From Candidatus Methylomirabilis sp. (GTDB lineage: Bacteria > Methylomirabilota > Methylomirabilia > Methylomirabilales > Methylomirabilaceae), in the NCBI GenBank assembly GCA_041498975.1, contig JBGQJI010000082.1:1-10849 (forward strand): DNA of 10,849 nucleotides. The letters are read 5' to 3'. Position 1 is the stretch's first letter. Each line of letters opens with the position of its first letter. The position numbers and the translations under genes are program-made. Positions 1-7,986 of the stretch are shown here, in pieces. The notes beneath the pieces were generated by a model. That model did not search any database. It was not told where the DNA came from and worked only from the letters and a program-made list of their open reading frames with translations.

Positions 1-50
1 CGTTGCAGCTCGCAGGCTTCGCCAGGGGAGGCACTACAATCGTGATCGAG

Positions 51-79
51 AAAAAACCCGCCCAGTTGAGCGGGTTTTC
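51..79 (-). terminator. Rho-independent terminator downstream of the 130-768 gene (possibly bidirectional)
   Basis: Minus strand reads CCCGCTC-AACT-GGGCGGG-TTTTTT: a GC stem with one G-U pair followed by a U6 tract, about 50 bp after the stop of 130..768. The plus strand also has TTTT after the stem. Confidence 0.85.
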
Positions 80-129
80 CCTCAAACCAAATTGATTACG
101 CCTGCTTTGTGGGGAGCCTATCAGAACTG

Positions 130-768
130 CTACTTTCCTGCCTTGCCGAACTTAACGTTGTTGACTGTCCAGATCGCAGACGGTTCGCTCGGTGTCCGTT
201 CCGCGACAATGAACACGAAGGCATCTGTAGCAACTTTCGCGCCCGGATTCGCCGCGAGCATTGCCGCCCAGTTTGCGCGGAATGTAACACCCCCTTCATA
301 GATCCCGCAGGCTGAATCATTGACGATGTCCACGACCCCGTTTTTGCCAGGGCAATAGAAAGTGTCGACGAACGCGTAGAAATCGGTAGCACCATCACCG
401 TTCGTGTCGATCGGAATGTTGTAGCTCAGGTTCCCCGGCTGCGGAGCGATAGTGCCCGTGTAGTGGTACGAAAGCTGAGTGACGTCGGTGAGCAATGCGC
501 CGTACAGGTTGCTGTCGAGCGTGTAAACACCCGCGTAGTCGCCGTTGGGATTGGTGCTGCTAAGGTTGAGTGTCGCTGAACCCTTCGCACCGCTGGAATT
601 AAGCGTGCATGTCCCGCTGAAACCAACGTTGTCGGTGACCCCATCAAAGCATTGGATCTTATTCTGGCCTGGCGCTGTCGAGGGTGCACCCGCGCTGACG
701 GGCATTGGCAATGCCAGCATGACAGCAAGTGCTCCAAATGCGGTTACTGTATACATTAAGTTCTTCAT
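130..768 (-). CDS. Secreted hypothetical protein (212 aa)
   Basis: ATG preceded by a strong RBS (GAAGGAGGAG). The N-terminus looks like a signal peptide (MKNLMYTVTAFGALAVMLALPMPVSA|G). The mature part is Gly/Thr/Asn-rich with four Cys, and a terminator follows. No family recognised. Confidence 0.85.
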   Translation of the reverse strand: MKNLMYTVTAFGALAVMLALPMPVSAGAPSTAPGQNKIQCFDGVTDNVGFSGTCTLNSSGAKGSATLNLSSTNPNGDYAGVYTLDSNLYGALLTDVTQLSYHYTGTIAPQPGNLSYNIPIDTNGDGATDFYAFVDTFYCPGKNGVVDIVNDSACGIYEGGVTFRANWAAMLAANPGAKVATDAFVFIVAERTPSEPSAIWTVNNVKFGKAGK

Positions 769-1434
769 TGAGTTCTCCTCCTTCTTGGTTTCGGCCAGCT
801 CGTTAACACGCTGCTCATTTTCGTGAAACTCCTTGTTAGTGCGACTGTGTTCACGTCAACGCACCAACTGTCGTACTGGCGGACTACGCCTCCTTTCCGC
901 GAGCGACTTCGCCGTGCCGCAACCATCCACACACATAGGGCACGACAATCGCTTGCTTAGGAAACCTTAGGGGAAGCAGTCCAAGACCGTGGCTGGTTTC
1001 GGTATCCCCCCTTCCCGCCTTTTCGGGTCTCACCTCGCTGTCGGTGTCCACGAGCTACGCAAGAATTGTTCCCACACTTTCATCGACCGGATCGGACTCG
1101 CCCAAGCCATAATAGTGGTGAAACATTCGCCAATTCCGCAAGGCCTTAACTGCGATGTCCAGCGGAAGTGCGGTCACCCACAATCGACCTCCCAATGCGA
1201 AGAGGCATGTAACTGTTACACGTCGAACGCCAAAAGTTCATTGCGTGACAGGCGACGGGGACGCTCGACGAAAGCTGACGTGGCCCTGGCCTACCTGCCC
1301 GGCCTTCGCCTAGGATAGGCGGGGCCATGGATCCAGCCGCCAGCGTGCCCTGCGCCCGCTCGCCCCTGCCGCGCAACTCGCCTGCTACAGCGAGTGGGTC
1401 AAGCCAATAACACACTCCTTTCCACTGTCACAGA

Positions 1435-1499
1435 AGTGTAGGTTACAACCACTACTCTGCCGTCTGGGGAGTCCACATTACGGGGGTGTAATCTGCACC
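1435..1499. repeat. Four-arm putative site-specific recombination site 1 (A1 + B1)
   Basis: A1 = AGTGTAGGTTA-CAACCAC-TACTCTGCCGT (1435-1463), 6-bp linker, B1 = AGTCCACATTA-CGGGGGTG-TAATCTGCACC (1470-1499). 18 bp are identical to 6761-6778 and 20 bp are identical to 5354-5373. Confidence 0.75.
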
Positions 1500-1631
1500 C
1501 TTGGGTGCATCCAACCGGCCCTGAAGCGACTGGTCATCTTTCGTCCCTCGCGCATTTGCAGCCAGCTTCCAATGGAGCCGTGTAGAGACCTTGATGGCAC
1601 CACGTCGAGACGGGAACTTGAGCACCCTGGG

Positions 1632-4600
1632 CTAGCGGTAGAGTGACTCGAGCACGTCTTGGTACTTCTCGGCCACCACCTTGCGCTTCAGCTTCAGGGT
1701 GGGGGTGAGCTCCCCGCTCTCCGGGCTGAAGTCAACGGGCAGCACAGCGAACCTCTTGATCTTGGCGTAGGAGGCGAGCTGCGCGTTCGTCTCTTCGATG
1801 GTGCGCCCGACCCGTTCGACCACCTTCGGGTGCGTGGTCAGCTCGGCGTAATCGGTGAAGGGGATCCCATGTTCCCGAGCGAAGATGGCAAGCTCCGCCT
1901 GGTTGACGGGGATCAATGCCACGGGATACGGCCGCCGATCGCCGTAGACCAACACCTGGCTGAAGAAGGGATCGTCCTTGAGGAGATTCTCGATGTGCTG
2001 GGGCGCGATATTCATCCCCCCGGCGGTCACGATCAGATCCTTCTTCCGATCGGTGATGAAGAGGAATCCCTCCTCGTCGATGTGCCCGATGTCCCCGGTG
2101 TGAAACCAGCCATCGGGGTCGAAGGCCTCAGCGGTCGCCTCGGGCTTCTTGAGGTACCCCCGCGTCGCGATGTTGGGGCCCCGGGCGAGGACCTCGCCGT
2201 CTGGGGCAACCCTGAGCTCCACGCCGGGGAGCGCCTGGCCCACGGAGCCGAACTTGAAGTGATCGAGCCGGTTGAAGGTCAGCGCCGGGCAGGTCTCGGT
2301 GAGACCGTAGCCCTCCAGAATGCAAAGGCCGATGGCGTGGAAGAACTCGGCGATCTCCTGGGACAGCGGAGCCCCGCCCGACACCGCAAACCGGAGGCGG
2401 CCCCCCAGGGCGTGGTGCAGCTTCGCAAAGACCAGCGTATGGGCGACCCAGCGCTTCAGCCTGAGTCCACGAGCGATTGGCTTCTTCTCCTGCTCACGCC
2501 CTGACACCTCTCGGCCCACCCCCAGCGCCCAGGAGAAGATCTTCCGTCTGAGAGGCGGGCACGCCTCGACGTTGGCCAGGATCTTGCCGTAGACCTTCTC
2601 GAAGAGGCGGGGGACGCCGAAGATGAAGTGGGGCTTGACCTCTCGGAGGTTGTCGGCCACCTTGTCCAGGTGTTCGGCAAACGCGGTGATGAGCCCGCGA
2701 TGGACCCCGATGAACGACTCGAGCCGCGCGAAGCAATGCGCGAGCGGGAGGAAGAGCAGGTGGACGTCGCCGGGCTTCACTGGGGTGGCCAGGGCCGAGG
2801 CGGTCAGCGCCGCCAGGTGGTTGCCATGGGTCTGCACGACCCCCTTCGGTGACCCCGTAGTCCCGGAGGTGTAGACAATCGTGGCCGGGTCCTCAGGGCG
2901 GATGGCGTTGAGCTGGTCGGCCAGGGCGGTCTTCAGCCTCTCGGCCTCCGCCCGGCCGCGCAGCCGGAGTTCGTCCCAGGTGAGGACCGACGGCTCCTGC
3001 CCCGCGGACCCGTCCATCAGCACGATCTGTTGCAACCGGTCCATCTTCTCCCACATCTCGAGAACCTTGCTCAGCTGGCCTGCGTCCTCGACGATCAGGG
3101 TGCGGGCCTCGGAATCGTTGACGATGTAGGCAATCTGCTCGGGGGGATACGTGGAGTAGATGGGGACCGTGATGGAGCCCGTGGAGAGGATGGCGAAGTC
3201 GGCCTGGACCCACTCGGCGCGGCTCTGCGAGAGGAGGGCCACCGCGTCCCCCGGCTTCCGGCCGACGGTCAGGAGCCCCAGGGCCAGCTCACGGACGATC
3301 TCGCCGACCTCGGCCCAGGTGAGGGTGTGCCACTCGCCGTCTCGCTTGACCATCTGGGCCGGGAGGCTGGGGCTCCGCTCGATCCGGCTCCAAAACATGC
3401 GCCCAAGGCTCTCGTCCCCCTTGAGGCCCTCCGTCTGCTCTGTCGTGACAGGCTCGCTGCTCCAGCGAGCGCCCTGATTCAGCGAGGGAGTCGAGAGACG
3501 GCTGGTCACGCGATGGACTCGGCGCGCGACAGGCTCCAGGGCCGGTCTCGCCAGGCGTGTCTTGGAGCCATGGTGCTCCTCTGTTCGTGGAGTACCGCTC
3601 TTTTTGTTGGTCGGCATGGGCGGGGTCGCTTCCGCGTCAGGGGTCGTGCTTTTGTTTCCCGAGGAGCTCTCCGTGTGCCACCCATCAACACCCGCTTGGG
3701 CTAGAAGGATTAGATTCACTGTCTGTGGCCGACATCCCAAGTGCGGTCTCGGGGCCTCCGACGGGACGCCAGGGTGCACCCTCGGCTCCCCGGGGCGAGG
3801 TGCGAGCGTGCCTCCATTCCGATCCCTTCCGCTCTCGGTGAGCCGGCGAATCACCACGTCCATGTCCGGCGCATTCCAGGCCGCACAACAGGGGATGCCG
3901 CCATTGTAGCCGCGGGGGAAGCGCGGCCACGCCCGGGCTTTCACGCCCACGATGTGGTAGACCGGGACGCCGATGCCGGAGAGGAAAGCAATCTCCTCCG
4001 CGCTCGGCTCAGGGTAGACCTCGTTAAGGAGCGCCAGGCCCTTCCAGAAGAGCCCGAGATAGTCCGAGAGGACGGCCTTCTTGGTCAGGTTGATGACGAT
4101 GGCCGCGGCGCCCTGGAGGTGGCGAGGCCAGGTGGCATGGTTGACTCGCCGCCCCGGCAGGAGGTCGACGACGTAGGTCTCCCGTTGCGCCAGTCGCTCG
4201 GTCAGCCGACGGCCGACGTACCCCTTACCGCCGAGGAGGATGAGCGGGGTCTCCTCTGGCCAGCCGAGTTCCGCGCGAAGTTGCGCCTCGGCCCGGATCA
4301 CCGCTTCGACGGTGACCTCGAGTTCCGGCCCCTCGGTGCGGAGGCCACGGGCCTGGAACAGGCCCGGCAGGATTCCCGCGAAGCTGAGCTGCTCGGCCCG
4401 TAGGAGCTGCCGGAGGCCCTCAGCACGCCGGAGGAGGGCCTCCAGGTGCGGCCGGTTGTAGGTCGGGTCGCCAGGGTGGAAGAAGTCTTCCTCGACGCTC
4501 GAGATGATCGTCATCAGGCCCACCCGGCCGTTCTGCCGGTAGAGGCCGACCAGCCAAGGAGACCAGCGGCAGCGCCGTTGCACCCAACAATAGGTATAGG

Positions 4601-4859
4601 CGTCGGCATAGTCTTGCGTCACCGGATAGGCGACGAAGACGCGCCTGAGGAAGCCGAAGCGACCATTGAGGCGGCCGATCAACCAGAGCAGCGCGTCGTG
4701 GCGGAGGAGAAGGTTCAGCAGGAGCATCCCGAGTCGCCGAAGCTGGGCCGTACGTCCGCCGCGCTCCTGCCCCCTGCTCTCCGAGATCCCTTCTTGCCGG
4801 CCGAGCACCGCTGGCATCGATCTGGCGCCACCTACCGCAAGCGACTCAGCGTCACTCAC
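1632..4859 (-). CDS. fadD: Long-chain-fatty-acid--CoA ligase (about aa 480-1075) joined through a ~140-aa linker to an N-terminal Rossmann-fold NAD(P)-binding-like domain (about aa 40-340)
   Basis: The C-terminal part has AMP-binding/FACL motifs TIVYTSGTTGSPKG, EGYGLTE, GWFHTGDIG, DRKKDLI and ELTPTLKLKR. The N-terminal part has a glycine-rich LILLGGKGYVG motif. The GTG start is preceded by GAGGTGG. The ligase call is solid, but whether the fusion is translated as one protein is uncertain. Confidence 0.85.
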   Translation of the reverse strand: MSDAESLAVGGARSMPAVLGRQEGISESRGQERGGRTAQLRRLGMLLLNLLLRHDALLWLIGRLNGRFGFLRRVFVAYPVTQDYADAYTYCWVQRRCRWSPWLVGLYRQNGRVGLMTIISSVEEDFFHPGDPTYNRPHLEALLRRAEGLRQLLRAEQLSFAGILPGLFQARGLRTEGPELEVTVEAVIRAEAQLRAELGWPEETPLILLGGKGYVGRRLTERLAQRETYVVDLLPGRRVNHATWPRHLQGAAAIVINLTKKAVLSDYLGLFWKGLALLNEVYPEPSAEEIAFLSGIGVPVYHIVGVKARAWPRFPRGYNGGIPCCAAWNAPDMDVVIRRLTESGRDRNGGTLAPRPGEPRVHPGVPSEAPRPHLGCRPQTVNLILLAQAGVDGWHTESSSGNKSTTPDAEATPPMPTNKKSGTPRTEEHHGSKTRLARPALEPVARRVHRVTSRLSTPSLNQGARWSSEPVTTEQTEGLKGDESLGRMFWSRIERSPSLPAQMVKRDGEWHTLTWAEVGEIVRELALGLLTVGRKPGDAVALLSQSRAEWVQADFAILSTGSITVPIYSTYPPEQIAYIVNDSEARTLIVEDAGQLSKVLEMWEKMDRLQQIVLMDGSAGQEPSVLTWDELRLRGRAEAERLKTALADQLNAIRPEDPATIVYTSGTTGSPKGVVQTHGNHLAALTASALATPVKPGDVHLLFLPLAHCFARLESFIGVHRGLITAFAEHLDKVADNLREVKPHFIFGVPRLFEKVYGKILANVEACPPLRRKIFSWALGVGREVSGREQEKKPIARGLRLKRWVAHTLVFAKLHHALGGRLRFAVSGGAPLSQEIAEFFHAIGLCILEGYGLTETCPALTFNRLDHFKFGSVGQALPGVELRVAPDGEVLARGPNIATRGYLKKPEATAEAFDPDGWFHTGDIGHIDEEGFLFITDRKKDLIVTAGGMNIAPQHIENLLKDDPFFSQVLVYGDRRPYPVALIPVNQAELAIFAREHGIPFTDYAELTTHPKVVERVGRTIEETNAQLASYAKIKRFAVLPVDFSPESGELTPTLKLKRKVVAEKYQDVLESLYR

Positions 4860-5033
4860 CTTAGTCCACCTCTACACTTAGCTAGGAACGGGATTCTGGG
4901 TGCTGTGAGGGCACCCCAGCCAGAGAAGGGGAAGCGGGGAGAGCGCGAACCCAGGGCCGAGCAAGCAACCATGCCCGCCGCTCCTTCCTGGAGGGTGGCG
5001 TTTTGGTGGAGGTCGCGTCCCGCTCCTCCTTCC

Positions 5034-5112
5034 TTTGGCAGCCCGGCTGTCAGCCCTTGCGATGCCCTGTGAGGTTGCGTCCCAGCCTCCGGCCGAGTAT
5101 GTGCCGCTACCG
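5034..5112 (-). ncRNA. GEMM-I (c-di-GMP-I / 3',3'-cGAMP) riboswitch-like element, apparently degenerate
   Basis: Minus strand reads CGGCACATACT-CGGCC-GGA-GGCTG-GGACGCAA-CCTCACAGGG...GACAGCCGGGCTGCCAAA. It has the GGGACGCAA and GACAGCCGGGCTGCC hallmarks of GEMM-I RNAs, and GGCA/TGCC can form P1. It lacks the usual AAAC after ATACT and has a 3-nt loop instead of a GNRA tetraloop. It sits in the 5' leader of 1632..4859. Confidence 0.6.
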
Positions 5113-5146
5113 GAAGCGACCTTTGTACTATGGTGCAGAGGTGGTA

Positions 5147-5163
5147 AGCAATTGCTGTGCCAA
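5147..5163 (-). promoter_or_regulatory. Sigma-54 (-24/-12) promoter
   Basis: Minus strand TTGGCAC-AGCAA-TTGCT matches the consensus YTGGCAC-N5-TTGCW. It points toward the riboswitch-like element and the 1075-aa ORF. Confidence 0.75.
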
Positions 5164-5312
5164 GGGTGTCAACAGTTGAGCATCAGAGGCGTAATGGGAG
5201 GGCGAGTGTCGAGGGGGCTGTGACGATAGTGGGAAGATGGGGAAAGCTTCCTCGAGGGCTGGACACGCTTGAAAGGAAATCAGGGGCAGTTGCTAGAACG
5301 TCGTCGGCTGCT

Positions 5313-5378
5313 CGTGCAAATTTCAACTCCTAATCTTCTGTGTCGTTGAGTGAACATTACGGGGGTGTAATCTTCACC
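5313..5378. repeat. Four-arm putative site-specific recombination site 2 (A2 + B2)
   Basis: A2 = CGTGCAAATTT-CAACTCC-TAATCTTCTGT (5313-5341, diverged), 7-bp linker, B2 = AGTGAACATTA-CGGGGGTG-TAATCTTCACC (5349-5378). B2 is 27/30 identical to B1 and the layout matches site 1. Confidence 0.72.
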
Positions 5379-5505
5379 ACACTCGGTGGCAGACGCGGTT
5401 CCCGTGGGGCACTTCGGCCTTGGGCCTTTTAAGGGATCCGAACTCCTCACATTGCTGCTGCGAGGTGAAATTTTGGAAGATTTCGCACTCGATGGGTCGA
5501 AAACT

Positions 5506-5571
5506 TGGGCCTACTATGGGCCTACTGGGCATGTTGCATAAAAAATGGGCTAGGCAAAATCGCCTAACCAA
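5506..5571. repeat. Tandem 10-bp repeat plus hairpin resembling the end of an integrative element
   Basis: TGGGCCTACT occurs twice (5506-5515, 5517-5526), followed by AAAAATGGGCTAGGC-AAAATC-GCCTAACCAATTGAAA (TAGGC/GCCTA stem). Confidence 0.4.
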
Positions 5572-5688
5572 TTGAAAACGCTTGACGTTTCCCGCTTCAT
5601 GTACTCCTCCGCCTGGTCTGTCAGCCCGGCCTGCTCCAGTGCCCGCTGTGCTCCGCTTACACCATCTTCCGAATGTAACCTTGTATAG

Positions 5689-5826
5689 CTACCTCCCCAG
5701 CAATATCAAAAGTCCTGCCACGATCGCCACGACCGCCAGGACTTGGCTGGGAAGTCTCAGATTCACCAGCGATGACAGGCCCGTCAAGATCAACCAGATC
5801 GCTAACACAATAAACCCGATAGACAT
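5689..5826 (-). CDS. Small two-helix membrane protein (45 aa, MSIGFIVLAIWLILTGLSSLVNLRLPSQVLAVVAIVAGLLILLGR)
   Basis: ATG at 5826 with a strong RBS (GAGGAGGAG) and two hydrophobic segments. It is the 3' part of track ORF 5689..6063, whose upstream extension looks non-coding. Confidence 0.75.
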   Translation of the reverse strand: MSIGFIVLAIWLILTGLSSLVNLRLPSQVLAVVAIVAGLLILLGR

Positions 5827-6084
5827 GCTCTCCTCCTCTCGCGGGCACGTATGGCCCGCCGTGTTGATGGAAACTCCTGCAAGACCGCGCGCCAGTACAG
5901 CGCCGTCCTGATCACCTGGAGCAGCGGGGGAAAGAGCGTGTCGGCCGTCCTGATCTCCACCTGCCGCCACTGCAGGTCCGCCTCGCGCAAGTCGTTCACT
6001 GCAATCGGGAGCTGCTGAATCGTGCGCTCGATCCCCTCCTCCGTCATCGGTCTTGTGCCTCATCGCGCCCTGTGCTACCTTCCA

Positions 6085-6495
6085 TCAGCCCGGAGGCGCG
6101 GCCGCCGGTTGGGCCCTCCCCCTGGGCGGTCTGCAGCAGTACGCGGTGCCGCTGCCTGTGAGGCCGCATGTGAGATTCCAGCCGGCGCTTATCGTCTGGA
6201 ACTTCAGCCTACCCAAGACGGGGACGGGTGATGTGGCGCAGGGTACTCTATTACGGCCGAGATCACAGCCCTCGGTTGTCGAGTCGTTCCCGAGTTGGCC
6301 ACTTTGGTTGGAACGCCAGCAGTAGGCGAGTCCCTCCGCAGTGATGGCACACGTGTGATCCTTGCCGACGCTCACCGACAGGAAGGCCGGCGGCTTCGGG
6401 GTCGTATTGGCTGGCGCTGTGTGACCAGTACTGGCGCTAGCAAGTGCCACCGCCGCGGCAAGCAGTAGGAGTGAGGGCCGTCCAATATCACGCAA
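6085..6495 (-). pseudogene. Truncated RCC1-repeat (beta-propeller) secreted protein
   Basis: A signal peptide is followed by RCC1 motifs VSVGKDHTCAITAEGLAYCW(R)SNQSGQLG and ISAGWNLTCGLTGSGTAYC. The pattern breaks off near 6135, within the second repeat, whereas a full propeller has about 7. The conserved CWG is altered to CWR. Confidence 0.7.
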
Positions 6496-6628
6496 GAACC
6501 ACCCTTCAGGTCGTCAGCCGGTGAGAGTCGTCAACTGGGAGCAGTGACCCGATATTACCCCTTTTTCGGGAAGATGGCCAAAATTTCTTTGCTTGGAGGA
6601 TTGGCTGCGACGAGACCCTTCCGGGTCC

Positions 6629-6760
6629 TGTAGTAGCAAAGTAATTCTGTCAGGGGTTAATGGCCATGTGATGCTGTCAGGGTATGGACACCCTAGCCCT
6701 GACGATGAAAGAGCAGCAGCGAGTCGCCGTCATTGAGCGCGTGTTTCGCGGAGAGGCCAC
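6629..6760 (+). mobile_element. Left end and transposase 5' fragment of an IS1202/ISNCY-type insertion sequence
   Basis: Starts with TGT (6629). It has two 22-bp direct repeats 27 bp apart (TAGCAAAGTAATTCTGTCAGGG 6634-6655 and TGGCCATGTGATGCTGTCAGGG 6661-6682, 17/22 identical). ATG 6684 encodes MDTLALTMKEQQRVAVIERVFRGEAT, which resembles the HTH-leading N-terminus of IS1202-group transposases. The frame runs into site A3 and stops at 6777-6779. Confidence 0.65.
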
Positions 6761-6787
6761 TGTAGGTTACAACCACTAACCTGCACT
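6759..6787. repeat. Simple palindromic putative recombination site A3
   Basis: ACTGTAGGTTA-CAACCAC-TAACCTGCACT with near-perfect inverted arms. The spacer is identical to A1. Confidence 0.75.
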
Positions 6788-7023
6788 AAAGATTATGAAC
6801 GCCCGTGCATGTACTTGCGAAACTGGAATGTCATCGCACGCCTTCGACACGCACTTCCACACTCCGAGGCCACTAGGAAGCGTTTACACTTCAAAAGACA
6901 GAGTTCGTTTCGAGTAGAATTTGGCTAGGCTCTGCCACGCATTTGGAGATCGCCTACTGCGCTGCAATGAGAAGTTGGTGTGCCGGGCCGATCTTGGGTA
7001 CAATTCGTTGAGGCGAAAGAGAG

Positions 7024-7485
7024 ATGGCCCCGACACGCCTAATCATCGACACCGACCCCGGCATCGATGATGCTTTGGCGTTGATCCTGGCGTTCGCCTC
7101 TCCGGAACCGCGTGTGGAGGCGATCACCACTGTGGCCGGCAACGTCGAAGCGGAGCTGGCGGCGCGAAACGCCTGCGCGATTCTGGACGTGATCGACCCG
7201 CACCCAAGACCTCCGGTGGCGGTAGGCGCTGGACAGCCTTTGAAAAGGGGGCTTCGCACGGCGCACGAGTACCACGATGAAGACGGATTGGGTGGCCTGT
7301 CACGCTTGAAGACCAGAGAGGGGAAGCCCCGATACCCTGAACCCCACCAAGTCCAGGCACCGAGGAACGCCTCGGGACTGTTCGCCGAGCGGATCGCCGG
7401 ATGCGGGAAGCAGCAGCAAGCCCGACACGGGCGAATCCTTAATCGGTTTCATTGTCCACCCCTCGCATGTGCCATGGTTGCATGA
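7024..7485 (+). pseudogene. Truncated inosine/uridine-preferring nucleoside hydrolase (N-terminal ~125 aa only)
   Basis: Contains the signature IIDTDPGIDDALA, plus ITTVAGNV and H(D)EDGLG. Similarity ends near 7400, before the expected xGPLTN motif. Full-length members are about 310 aa. Confidence 0.75.
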
Positions 7486-7934
7486 GACCAGCGGATGCTA
7501 CGTGAAAAATGCGAAAAGGCAGTCTTGCGGAGAGACACTTGCCAGATTTGAGACGGCTTGGAACACCTATCGTGTAATTCGCTAGACGAAAGAGCGCTAC
7601 TGAACCCGGCGTGGAAAAGCGGACTGAGAGACTTGCTGTATTCCAGTTCGTGACGCGGAGAATAGATATTCTTCACAATAAGTCGAAGATCCCGCAAGGG
7701 GGCGCGAGACAGGAAACATAATATTCAGCGAAGCCCCACCGGTGCTAGATTTAGGGTGATGGTCTAGTTGTGAATGTTACATAATAGGTGAAGTGGAGAG
7801 GATGATTGGCGAGCAGTACACCCCCCCTCAGGCCTGTCAGTGCACGGTGAGTATATTGACAAGGTTCTTGCCAAGTCGTGGTTCGTGCGCAGCAAGGCAT
7901 GCCGACATGCCGCCTCACTGGTGTTTCCGCACGT

Positions 7935-7986
7935 TGTCGCGCTCTTTGGCAGTCATGTCAAGGCTCTCAACGAGCATCAGCTCCTC
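7935..7986 (-). repeat. 52-bp direct repeat, downstream copy (paired with 9201-9252)
   Basis: 42/52 ungapped identity to 9201-9252, with shared core GAGAGCyTTGACATGACTG on the minus strand. Confidence 0.75.

Noticed and set aside
989..1415. ORFs 989..1318 (+) and 1146..1415 (-)
   Set aside because: They overlap each other, have atypical composition and show no domain signal, so they cannot be supported as genes.
1494..1509. Palindrome TGCACCC-TT-GGGTGCA overlapping the end of B1
   Set aside because: Not reproduced next to B2 or the other sites, so probably incidental.
1659..5072. Several long plus-strand ORFs (1659..2504, 3030..3704, 3741..4403, 4446..5072)
   Set aside because: Antisense shadows of the 1632..4859 ORF with no independent motifs.
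1435..5378. Canonical integron attC sites / integron
   Set aside because: Neither composite has RYYYAAC...GTTRRRY cores on either strand, the modules have long leaders with their own promoters, and no intI is visible.
5570..5610. tRNA 3' fragment as att core after the arm-like repeats
   Set aside because: No recognisable T-arm or acceptor-stem sequence on either strand.
5802..6047. 81-aa minus-strand ORF
   Set aside because: The first part looks somewhat protein-like, but it overlaps the better-supported 45-aa gene start and has no recognisable family.
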